Source: Ylistrum balloti
Lineage: Eukaryota
Length of the DNA: 64,000 nucleotides
Assembly: GCF_031769215.1 (NCBI RefSeq)
Contig: NW_026781894.1
Coordinates: 372,001-436,000 of the forward strand
Reading direction: 5' to 3'
Part shown: positions 51,801 through 64,000 of the stretch, in pieces
Numbering within the stretch: the stretch's first letter is position 1
Layout of the letters: each line of letters opens with the position of its first letter
The notes under the pieces: model-generated
The model's input: only the letters and a program-made list of their open reading frames with translations
Told to the model about the DNA's origin: nothing
The model's database searches: none
Made by a program: the position numbers and the translations under genes

Positions 51801-54800
51801 TATGACACCGTGATAGAGATAACACACTTCGAGATGTATGTGACAATTCCAAGGACAGCTGTTGTAATTTATCGTCACTTCAATCTGGAACATGACATGC
51901 TGCCCGAGAACAACCTAACACTAGCGGGTATGGTTGTATATTCTATGTTTCCTAATTCGTCGTCATTCCATTTTCTCTCAGGTTGATTAAAGTATAAAAG
52001 CTGTGATTAGATGGACAATATGGAAACTGGTTGTGTGTAAGCTTCTTAATTAAGGATCGTTATCAAAACAACACTACGACTAAACAATACAAATGAATTA
52101 CAGATACGTGATAGCGCTTTGGATCATATGAGATTTGTTTTGATTTGAGCTTGGCAGACATGATCAAGATGTGGATGAAATTGTAATACTGATTTGAGTT
52201 TATCTGACGGCGATGTAATTGGAACGACAACAGTCACAGATACTGCAGGTATCGCCATAAACCCTTACTAAGTGTAAACATGCATCGAATATACACGATG
52301 GTATTAGGTTAAAGACAACTGATATGAGTCATTCATCCGTTGATACCAGTGAGGGCACCACTAGCGCCTCTATCTAATAAACAGCAAAACTGATAATTGT
52401 GTGAGTAAGCTGTCAGAACTGACAGCTACACTAACGATACTACAAATTACTGTATTTTTACTACGAAGTTTCAATGTTTCACCTGTTTTTTTTTCCTGAC
52501 GTGACGGACAAAATGTTTTTAATTATGCAACTGGCCATGGTTTTCTTTAAGTGATTTGTAACATCTTTTTCGCGACATCATTCCATTTTTGAAGATAGCA
52601 AAAATTAAAGAATATTCGTAAATTACAGATTGTCTTAAGCACAGACCACACAATGTTTACATAGAGGTTTTGTCGTTATGCATTCTACTAAAATATGTAT
52701 CGATTTTTTTTCCTGGTTGGATGAACTGTACTCTATTCCTGTGTATAACAAATTGCTGGAACTCATAACATGAGAATCCAGGTTACAAATTGTGACGAAT
52801 GCTTACGAGATAGTTTACACTAAAGGTGTTAAATATCAGGAAAACCATGTAACTACCATAGTGACTCCGCACTGTGCAACACTTTTCAACTATCTAGGAC
52901 AAGAGAGCTCTCAGGGCAAGAGAATCAAGAAGAGCTTTGAAGTAATATCTGAAGCATTTGAAAGTTAGTTTAATTTAAAGTGAAGTCAAGACCAGTAATT
53001 TAAAACAATGCCATAGTTTCTGTTCTGTTTCTACATTTCCGAATATATAGAAAAATTGTCGGTTGACATATAACATACGATATGGCGATGCTGAGGATGT
53101 ATTGTCATATCTGATTAATTTATGTTATGCAATGTGTTTGGGCATGTATAATATTCATTCCACATATGCACATTGTTACATTTAGTATATCCTATGACTA
53201 CCAAGTGAGCGAAATGATGATATGGTATGATGAAATGGCTATACACTGACTTGCCGAGTTTTGCAAAAAAAAAATATGTAATTTCTCATGTACCAAGGTG
53301 TGTTGGATGTTTATCTGATCATGGATCTAAGTCGATACCCTTTGACATTTCTCAATCTCACAATAAGAGAACGATGGTAAAATTCGGCAAAAAATGTCAC
53401 TTCATTGTAAAATGAGCATATCATACGCTGCCTTGTTCCAAAGGTTGTTGCTTCTTTCATTAAATATGCATGAATATCGACAAACCATTGTATACGACCA
53501 AACAATTACGAAATGCTGTCGTTCCAGAATGATCTTAATTATTAGTCTGTCTGTGGTTTCTCGAGACGCCTCTATTTCCTCGGAGTTCCTTAAGTCCACG
53601 TTAAATGTCGGACGTACTTACAGACTGGTCCCCTCGGAAGTTAACAGCCCAAAACAAACATCAAACATTCACTGGATAGGTATTTATTTATATATATTGT
53701 CTAGTTTCGACTCACGTCCGGACCCGGGACATGACGCAGACGTACTTACGAAATGCCATGAACAGTACTCGCGTGGTGTCATTTACCAGACGGAAGAGGC
53801 GTTGCCATATATGATAAATGTACGTGTTTTACATATATGATTGTTGTTTATACAGAATAGTGAGTAAGGTATGATGTTAGAGTAGGATTGGATTGGGGGG
53901 GGGGGGGGTGTCTTTAAACGAAAATCAAATTTATTTTGGGTTTTAACACGTGCATTTATCGAAAAGAGAATCCATATATACCGAGAAAAGAACAGCGATT
54001 ATATACGATACGATAAAATGTTGTCACCAGATAAGTTCATTACACCGTCTCAGAATTATTTAACTGCAATTGGAGGTAAATGTAGTTGAAAACGTTTTCG
54101 TTTATGTTAACTAAATTAACTAACAGATATACGCATTGGATTGAATTGTGTGCACACTGTTGCTTTTACCATGTTGCTTAAGTTATATATGAACATATGT
54201 AAAGGTTTGTTGATAGTACACCGCTGGTTAAAATAAGGTACTTGATATCCTCAAAGTCATCGTTAAGACCGTTACTAATATAATGATTCTTCATCAATAG
54301 TTTCCAAGGAATGAAAGCACTACGCGATGACAAGGGAGAGCACTCTGTTTTTGAAACGACTCATATGAGAATCAACAATGGACACATGAAGAAAAGCAAC
54401 GAGTCCATACCATGGAAAATATGTTATAGTGGAGACAATATAGAGGCTTTGACGACATCGGCGCCGAGCAATTTTATAGTATGGTCATTACATATACCAT
54501 ACAAATACGTATGGAACAGGAAAACGTGGTAATTCCGACAACAATCCGTATAAAAACGTTTCATTTATGTGCTTGTTGATGAGCGTATAGGAAATAATCC
54601 CCTGTCTAATTGCCCCATTTTACAGGTGTAGACAGTTGTTTACAGTTAATATTTCATTTCAATGCCTTTTTTGCTGTTTGAGTCAGCACAATAATAGTTA
54701 CATGTCATGTTTCGTGGTGTGCTTTGAAAGGCGATGTTGCCATTTCTTACGTGCTTAACAGAAAAAGTGAACAAATTATCGCAAGTAAAGGGGATTTATC

Positions 54801-57800
54801 ACTGGATAATTTAGTCATAATTACCTCCCTTAAGATTATCCTTCGTTTGGTGTTCTGTCTGGAAGGTCAGTGGATGGTGTGGACAAAACAATACCAACCG
54901 CTTTATTTTTTGTTACATATATACCATACGCAACAGATAACATTTTTTTCTGAATCAATACAGCCCAAAATACAGAATTTCTAAATAAGAATTAAAGTAA
55001 CAGGCCAAAACTCTCACAGATGTTCATTTTCTCGAAACCAACATTACGAAATGATTCAGCTTTAAGATAAAACCCCTTTTGATGGATAACCTTTGTGAAG
55101 TGCATTGGACATTAATAAGATTATTTTTGGCGTGGCATTAAAAATAAACTAAAATGCATTAAGCCTCTTTACACAAGAACCATAATCTCCAAGCAACTCG
55201 GCATTCTATGAATGTACAACAACCGGTCATATGCTGTTAACAGCAGACTTCATAATCACTTCTGTGTTATAAGTCTCGAAATTCTAATTCAAAAGCAGTC
55301 CTCAATTGTATCAATTTGTCTGTACAGGATGACAAAACCACTTCCAACAATTCATATGACAAGTCTGCATTCATGTATGTAGACAATAACTTGATGATCG
55401 TCAGCCAACAATATCATATTTCCTGATTGGAAAACAACCCCGAAATATATAACTTCCAGTTTTTTGAAAATGAAAACAAGGTTACCACGCATTTATGTTG
55501 TAGTCTTTCACAGTACAAGTCAACGACATGGTTAGAATTCTGCCTTGTACAAAATTAATTTTTGAGCTTCATAAAACTTATAAACAACATTGACACGTCA
55601 AGTTGTTCAGCGAAACCTTCATCGAAACTTCTTACTGCCATATAATACGTATCTTTAATTTACATTTCCATCAGTATTAGTTGCCAAAAACAATTTATTT
55701 TCTTTTTTATTTCTCCTGATATTATTTGACAATATTAATTTGTATTTGTGATATCAATTTCATCATGTTCTGTATAAGAGTATCTTGTGTTTTCGAGGTC
55801 ACTGCCCTGGTTCTCTGATTGAGAACATAAACTTTCTTCGAATCGAATGTCGTCGATGAAAAATATAATCCATATTTTCAATCATTGTTTCCTCAATATC
55901 TTAACACAAGCCTTCCATGGACACCCTTTAACCCGATACCCTATGCCTCGACACCCGACTCCCCACAACCCCACATCCCCCACATCCCAATTACATTTAA
56001 ATATACCCAATTAATAGAATACTGCTACAAAAGTGTGGAAACAAAGACGAAACGTAAGAAGGAAAACCCTCCGAAAAAGGCAAGGAATCTAAAATACAGA
56101 CGATATTGACACTATGTCGTCCGCTGTTAATAATTTCTGAAAATTGTCTATGATAACGCCGATTTCACTGCACTGATTTTACGTCAGTTTTGCTGGCATT
56201 AGTTCTATCATGAGTGTATGGGTATATAATAACGTCAAGTAAATAACACGAACTCTTATTACATTAACTTTCACCGAGGACATCTTTATATAAAGCGGAA
56301 AGCTAAAGGTTCAGTTAAACATCATAAACATTATTTCTTGCAAGTGTTTATAGATATATATGTATGTGTGTTTGTATATTTCTTTTCGCATTTAAATGAT
56401 TATACACTAATTACCTATATTCTAATGCAAGTTATTGTAATGTAGTGTTAAATTGGGTGAAGTCTGGAGGGAGTTTAATCTATACTGATTAGCGTTAAGG
56501 ATAATACAATATTCTTCCACAATTGGCCGTTATTGTATACAGGTTTATATAAATAATTCTGGCACTTCAGAAAATGTGTATACTCCATGGAACACATGTG
56601 GCTTCTATCAAATGTCACTCCAGACGTGTATGTCACATTGATAAAATCATTCATATTTTAATTGATGATGCAACGTGTCAAACATCCTGAGATATAAAGG
56701 TGGTAACAGCTGTACGGTCAATACAATATGGTTCGCTGGTTCCTTTTGCTGTAGAAATTACACCAGCTGTGTAATGTTGGAAGATAATAGTTGTAAATAT
56801 GTCATGCGGTCTACTGCTTATCGGGCATCTTCTCATTATATATAACTGTTCGGAGGTAGTGTAATACACTGCTAATATAAATCAAGAAGTTATACAAATC
56901 CAAGAGGAATTGCGGATGAATCACATGTTCATCCCTTAATCTAACAGAACCTACCAAGTTCATACACGTGTATACACAGGAGTTTTTGTGTTATATAGGT
57001 GACCTTGACAGGACCTTCTGAAATTGTATAATCATCAACAACAAATAAATGCTGATTCAGCTATATATCTTCGAAATGTTAAATTTTCAATAAAGTGTAC
57101 ATATTTTTTATACATGGCTTCAAACAATCTTAGACCTCTAAGCTATACAAAGATATATTGATAGCATCTAGGGAGATACTCTCCTGGCTTTGGTTTGGCG
57201 TCGTATGTTGTCCACTGTAATTGTTCACAGTCTATTTTGCCGATACTCTATCTCACCGTGCGTAATAACTAAATGAAATATGATGACGTAGTGACCAATT
57301 GTAGATAGGAGGAGAAAACACTTAAAGTGTAAAATATACACGAAAAAGATTGCAAGCATATAAATAAGGATTAATACATAAGACGACGTCTTGACTTGAG
57401 ATGTAATCAGCTTTACACACTTGGAGAATTGATGTCAGACCAAGATATCTGTACGTAATGTGATTTTCCGTGGTACCAGGGGATGATAATGATCCTGTCC
57501 ATGATGATACAAGTATAGCCAGAGTGAGACGTAATGGTTGAACGATCCAATGTGCAATGGGACTTCGTCAGAACTGCATCTACTCTAATCTAAAATCAAT
57601 ATCAATGATCTGGTGTTTATGCGCGCTTGCCATCGACAAATATTGTACATGTCATTTTAAAAACTGAATGAGATACCAATTATGTAGATTTTTACATTTT
57701 CAAACAAATGTGAATGACACCAGTCCACCGACATTAGTCAGTATCATGGAAAAATTGTGTTGAATATTCAGCAGTCGTCTCTTGTGTCAATATGTGCTTA

Positions 57801-58869
57801 TCTGTGTTTAATCATGGCTTATACACCAGTTACGATGATACCACATGCTTTGTTCTTCTAAATTAACTTTTTTAGTGCTCATAAATTCGAAATAGGTAGG
57901 AACATTTTTTGTTTATCATCGTTAAACATTCAAATGCACACGTAAAGAAGGACAATGTCAATTCGAGAAAACAAAAACCGCACAGGGACATATCGACGTA
58001 TCTGGGTTAACATTTAATGATAGAAACACGATATAAACAAAGATACGCGCGTGAAATTTGTAACCGAACATTTCAATATCATGTCAGAACTGCAATAGAT
58101 GTTGAATAATTGAAAACGGTAATATATATCCGTCGGTATTCCCAACGTTTGAAGACAGGTATCAAAGTCAAACAAGAGAAATATCGTAAATAAAAAAAAC
58201 CATGTAAATGAATGAATAGATAGATAAACACGATTTGAAACTATTCCATGTAGTCACCCCTTCATGAAAAAAATCCACAACGTTTCCATGAGAGTAGCAA
58301 AAAAAAACTATATTAAGCTAAAAATAACACAATATAAAATATTTTCACTTAGCTTTTAAAATCAAACTTTATCGAATTGACACCAAAACTCGGTAGTGTC
58401 ACGTTTTCCAAACTAGAACTTCAGCAAGGTAACCACGAAGCCGAACTTAATATAGAACAAGGAAATTGTTCCTCGATAGAATGACTAAAATTCATACTTC
58501 TTGAGCGTAAACTCTTCAATAGAAAGCGATCGCTTTGTAAACTAAAACAAACAAGTATATGGGGTTTATTTCTGTAGTTAGAATGACACTAGCTTATGCG
58601 TCTTGTCATATTTTTATTCAGGAAATACATAGATAACGCTTCGTACATAATAGAAATCGTCAATTCAGACGTTGCATGAAAAAGTTTTAAATTTTACCAG
58701 CGATAAATATTTTTTATCAAAACCCCCAGAAATATCCAAAATATGGTTGCTGTTGGAAAATTTAGTTATAAAAAAAAAAGAAAAAAAAGACATGTTTAAG
58801 TACATTGAAAATGTAAGTAACATATGTTATCAATTATTCCAAGGCTACCTGTATGATCAAACCCAGTAC

Positions 58870-59290
58870 CTCTTTCTTCCTGGGCTTATGCTCAACCGAT
58901 CGAGCTAAAGAGAAGTTCTCTCTATTCCAGCGGTATATGGCGTAAGTTACTAGGGTTATGTACTGCCCCTTCAAGAAAGAACTCGTGCCTTCAATGGCGA
59001 TATTTTTGTTTATAGGAACAGACCCTGTCAGAGCTAATATCAAGACAGAGTCAATGATGATCAATGAAATAGTTGGAAACATTAGCACTTTAGCACCGAT
59101 TTATTTTGGCAGTTCCGTATTGCCCACTAAATGTTATCAGTTTCAAGAGTGCATACCTTGCGAAGCTGTTGACAAAAAACATACCGCGGTATGTGTTTAC
59201 ATTAGAACGCCCAATTAATTTAGGGCACAAGGATAGACTTGCATCAAGAAAATACCAACATGAACCTTTAAACACCTAAAGTATGTTGAG
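58870..59290 (+). pseudogene. Possible decayed SGNH/GDSL esterase-like domain (LINE ORF1 type)
   Basis: Plus frame MAIFLFIGTDPV...INEIVGNISTLAPIYFGSSVLPTK...VCVYIRTPN resembles the hhhHhGTND...hS.hLP...C...FI pattern. Stops flank it. The match is by eye only. Confidence 0.3.
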
Positions 59291-61632
59291 GAGAGAGAAA
59301 TGGTCGTTAATTGGCAATGTTTAACTATTCTAGTGTTTAAGTGGAGACATGGTTTACTTTCCAAGTGCGAAAAAAATAGTACACTTCACTCAGGATTAGA
59401 TGCAAATTCCAAAAATTAGCTTTAATTACTGGAAATGATTGTGTATAGTCTAACACTTTAGAGATAATAGGATTCTGGAAGGTTTTTTTCGCGAAAGGTT
59501 ATTCTGAAAGGTTAAAACAGATACACGATAAACTTTAACAGGCGCCTGTGTGGCGACAATAATCGTACCTACCGATTTCTTTCATTTCGCCGACATTCCC
59601 TGTGTGTGGCTCCATTCTTATACATTTATAAACTATGTATTCAGACCTTAACAATGCCGTTAATGTTTCCGATTTACGCCATGGGAATGAAATATACATC
59701 TTTTTTACAATCCAAAAGAACGGCTTCTTTAATGAAACTGACGAAAAAAATCATAATTTAAAATGAGGTACATAGAGGATAAAACCACATTACTCAACCG
59801 ACAGGCAAAATCTGATTTCAAATAAGGCAAAAGAAAACCGTTTTGGAGAAGTTTATACATATCAGTGAAGTAAATCAAGATCTGGCCCTGTGCATACAAC
59901 ACTATTATCTGCACTATTGTAATTGGTGGAAGAGGTACAAGCCTTTCAAAGATTGAGGCTCATTTCCCGATTGACAAAAAGGTACCAGATAACCTAGAAG
60001 ACATGTTTTTTCTAGGTTATGCATTTTCCTTCGAATTCAAACCAGGCAACGTATATCTGGCTAGACCAACAACAGGAGCAAAACAACCTTTGCTTATTTC
60101 ATCACCTTGTTACCAGCAGCACTCTTCTAGGCTTTAACAGCAAATAAGATGGCATACCATAGCGCAGAAGATTACAAGGTGACGTGTACAATGCATGTTC
60201 GAATAAGAAAGTGATATTACCTAGACATGCTTTTACTTCATGTGCGTCTAGCTGTTCCGTTTACCATAACATAATTGTACGGTTCACTATATACAAAACT
60301 GTTCCAGGACAAAGGACAGAGACGTGTAGAAGATAAACACAAATGTCTGTACTTAAAACCCCGCAATGTGATGGGTGGTACCCAATGGTTAATGTTACCC
60401 GAGTAGAATTGGCACTGTCTCTATATTTAATACATTGTACAACCCTCTTTTGTAACCACTGCATTAAGGTTTGATATTATACCGACCTAAAGCTGTTTAG
60501 AGTGGACAATAAAGCTCAAGTACAGAACAACTAAGAAAGCAAAGAGCGGTGCATCAGTGAAGAGTAAGCTTAACCGTGACTCTAGGGAAAGAATGATACA
60601 TGTCTAGCTTAACAAACAAACTATGTAATCTATGTAATTACCATTGTGCTTCACCAGGATACTAAATTCGTGTATATGTACTTAGAATAATAATCTGACA
60701 GAAACATATACAAACATTAAGAAATATTTCTCGATCCTTAAGATTCCAATTTCAGGTCATTAGCATCACTGACGAGTCATTGAGGGACATACCAATTGAT
60801 GTTGTTTAATCCATTATTTGGCTATACACTTAACATTTTAAATATGTATTGAAAGGTAATATTCACGTGTATGTCCTTTGTACAATTTGTACAATCGAGG
60901 TGGCAGGTGGTATACGGAGAGCTGGTAAACGTTTAGTCACCGTGGTCTCCTTTAACCTTAACGTCTTGTTTTAATTAATTCAGCAACTTGATGTTCTTTT
61001 GAATTTATGAGATGCATTCCGAAAATTATTAAATTGTGGGGTTAGTGACCTGCCATTCTAGCTTTTGACATTACTTTCGATCATTTTTGGTTTTTCTTAC
61101 CCGCCAATTACGTATCCAATATTAGGTCCTCCGATGCGTCCTAGAGGGACGAAACAGCTGTATGACTCCGTTTAATGCATATTTTGGGTCTATCAAATGT
61201 AATTCGTGTTCGTATTGAAAAGTGCTATTCACTTGTGTGTCTCTGGTACAATCATGCTGGGAGCCTCAAGATGTACTTGTATTTGTGGGATCTCTACAAC
61301 AAGGTTACTGGCATTCCGTGACTGTTGTCAAGATAGCGTTGATACATTTTGAAACTACGTCCACTAGGAGAGAATGACGGGGTTGCGACGAATTTAAAGT
61401 TTCATTTCCTAACCACAACTTCAGAGTGCAACACGTTTCTGACACTAGCATTCCCTAAGCAAAACTTTGCGCCATTTGCGAATGCATTCCCTAAAGGTCG
61501 ATTTTTTATACAGAAGGAAAGGTATTTCCTCCCAAATCCTTGCGTTGGTATATTCTGTCGCCCCCCGGAGTGTGGTAACTTTTGGTCTAATGTCACTTTT
61601 AGAACAAAGACGCCGGTTTCTGTTCCCTGCAG

Positions 61633-61823
61633 AACGACATAATTCGCCACAACCGACCGAAAGGTTAAATAAACATGTTCAGGCCGGAACAGGATGGAGA
61701 CTACGGGGACGAAATGATTCGTTTAGCAGTTACACTAAAACACTATCTCGAAAAGGAAAGAAAATGTCAGTGTTTTCACTCCTACGACTGTTTTACGGAC
61801 TTACATAAAACAACTTTGACCAA
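61633..61823 (+). other. Candidate alternative or cassette exon in the globin intron (ATG at 61675, phase-2 donor)
   Basis: Acceptor ggtttctgttccctgcAG (61631-61632) with upstream CTAAT. aaacATG at 61675 follows an in-frame TAA at 61666. Reads MFRPEQDGDYGDEMIRLAVTLKHYLEKERKCQCFHSYDCFTDLHKTTLT then AA|GTAACA, in frame with exon 2. No transcript evidence. Confidence 0.35.
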
Positions 61824-62891
61824 GTAACAACAACATGACTGAACAGAACAATTCTTTTTTTACATGTCTATGTTTAGAAGTTTGCTTTCGTGCTTTGCAT
61901 CAATCGTGTGGGAAACGTATTAAGGTCAAACTATCTATTAAATTACTAACGTCAGTAACATAAATCTATCTTAACCATACTTAATTTCACTATACTCTAT
62001 GTAACAATGTACAATATACAATATAATATAAAATGTACATCAATAGAACACTTCTTAAGTTTTTACATTAATAGTTAAACTAGCAACTATTACTTTTATC
62101 ATTGCAGAGAGAATATTCGGAGCTATGTGATAAATTTACTATCATATAGGTACCCATTCTGTTTTATTTCAACAGTATCAATTATTTTATCTGAGTTCTT
62201 GAATTTTTCCGTTACGTCATAACAGGACCAAGCTGCTTCATAATAATCAATAATGAAATATGCACATATCTTAATATTTGATTAATTAATGCAGAAAATA
62301 AATCAATGTGTATATTTACATATCATTACGGTCTTTCGTTTGATGAATATTACATGTGTTTAAAGCATGTCAAATCAGACGGGTTCGTTTATAAATGCCT
62401 TACTATTGTATCACGACGTTACAATTTTAGTCCTAACGGATATTGTCTTAATATCGTGAAATCACTATTCAAGGTCGGCAATGGAAGTTTGATGACATTT
62501 AAAGCGATGAGTGTCATATTTTCTAGCTTAACACTTAGAGAAAATGCTTAACTTCATTGATAAAACTTACCATAAACATGTTATAATTCAGTATCCTATC
62601 CTGATTGTTTTAGATTGCTATGAAAAGAATAAGTATGTGCGATAAAGTGATGAAAAGACATTAGCTTTTGTGAGCATCTTCGTCTAATTAGTTTTCAAGT
62701 GTTTTCAAGGTTACAGAGTTTTTAATGAATTCGTCAAGTGTGTAAGAACAAAAAATGAATGGAAAGAATTCACATGTTACAGGACAATAAAGTCCGGGTT
62801 GTGGGCAAAGAGCAATTCTAGTTTGTTTTACAGAGATAGTACTTTTCACAACTATATCCTGACGCAATTAGCGAGGATATTGAACATACCC

Positions 62892-63272
62892 GTTACAATG
62901 TGTAAAGTGAACAAAAACATTACAATGTGTATAGTGAACATATACATTACAATGTATATAGTGAACATACTTGTTACAATGTGTATAGTAAACATAAACA
63001 TTACAATGTGTATAGTGAACATATTCATTACAATGTGTATAGTGAACATATACATTACAACGTGTATAGTGAACATATACATTACAACGTGTATAGTGAA
63101 CATATACATTACAATGTGTATAGTGAACATATTCATTACAATGTGTATAGTGAACATATACATTACAATGTGTATAGTGAACATATACATTACAACGTGT
63201 AAAGGGAACATATACATTACAATGTGTACAGTGAACATATACGTAACAATGTGTACAGTGAACATATCCATT
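62892..63272. repeat. 27-bp minisatellite, about 14 copies
   Basis: Unit CATTACAATGTGTATAGTGAACATATA repeated head to tail. It explains the repetitive ORFs at 62799-63362. Confidence 0.97.
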
Positions 63273-63921
63273 GCCCAGTGTAAGGACTGTATAGGTTTTT
63301 TTGAGACCATAACAATATTTGGTCACCTGGTCATCTTTGCGACGTTATCGATCTCATTGTGACAACATTTATTGAATTGTCCCAAAGCATACCAAACGTA
63401 TATATACGACACATAAACATAATAAATATATTGATAAATGTTTAATAATATTTTTGTTCTTTTTTTTTCTCGGCATCTACTGACAAATAAACAAAACCCA
63501 ACCCAACATTTTGAAGGTTATCAGCAGTATCACTGTTTGTAACATAACGCCATTTAATTCTAATTTGTACTTACCGGAATCATTCGTGATAATGGACATG
63601 AAAAATATTTATTATTTGCAAAGAAATATATTTTGACTTCACCTGTAAATACCATGTTTTCATATGTGTGTCAATGTCCTTATATAACCTCTGAAATGCG
63701 TTGCTACAAATTACTAATCATATCAATATCATTTATTGGAAAAAAATAACCTTAATATGACGTTTTAAACAAACAGAAGTATTATTATTCACGTCAGCAA
63801 TTAAGTTGAATGGAATCAACAGCTTGCGCATTCATTAAAATATTATTCACTCGTGTGTCTTTTGTACAATCTTTAGGAACTTTTTTATGAAAGAATTATT
63901 TTTTTCTCTCTGACGTTTCAG

Positions 63922-64000
63922 ATTGTTTGAGACACATCCAGATGTACAAGACGTCTTCATGCCTTTCAAGGGACAATCAAAAGAGGATTTGAAACACAGT
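63922..64000 (+). CDS. GbX: Globin X-like globin, coding exon 2 (truncated by the window end): end of B, C and CD region
   Basis: Acceptor tttttctctctgacgtttcAG at 63920-63921. AA from exon 1 plus A gives Lys, then LFETHPDVQDVFMPFKGQSKEDLKHS, open to the window end, with C2 Pro and CD1 Phe. The junction is the conserved globin B12.2 intron position. Confidence 0.93.

Larger units (their letters stand above)
28130..63921 (+). other. GT-AG phase-2 intron (35,792 bp) of the globin gene at position B12.2
   Basis: GTAAGT at 28130 and TTTCAG ending at 63921. Joining them restores a continuous globin frame MFMK|LFETHP. Confidence 0.88.

Noticed and set aside
62799-63362. His/Cys/Tyr-rich repetitive ORFs (e.g. 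YNVYSEHIH repeats)
   Set aside because: These come from a 27-bp minisatellite open in several frames on both strands, inside the globin intron.

Overview
AT-rich eukaryotic (metazoan) genomic DNA with one 523-nt assembly gap; the repeat types suggest a bivalve mollusc (inference). The only intact host gene I can support is a globin X-like gene on the + strand. Coding exon 1 (27885-28129) starts MGC and encodes a basic N-terminal extension plus helices A-B. It splices in phase 2 at the conserved B12.2 position across a 35.8-kb intron to exon 2 (63922 to the window end; K-LFETHPDVQDVFMPFKG). The rest is intergenic or intronic. It holds a decayed near-full-length LINE (ORF1, AP endonuclease, RT; minus strand, about 6.4-11.1 kb), two Penelope-like RT fragments, a tRNA-derived SINE, several MITEs, a Helentron-type non-autonomous element, and 63-bp and 27-bp minisatellites. 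Several frameshifted coding-like remnants could not be assigned. The most interesting lead is a cryptic exon at 61633-61823 that would join globin exon 2 in frame and give a non-acylated N-terminus. Most ORF-track entries are artefacts or TE remnants. No CRISPR, rRNA or intact tRNA genes were seen.
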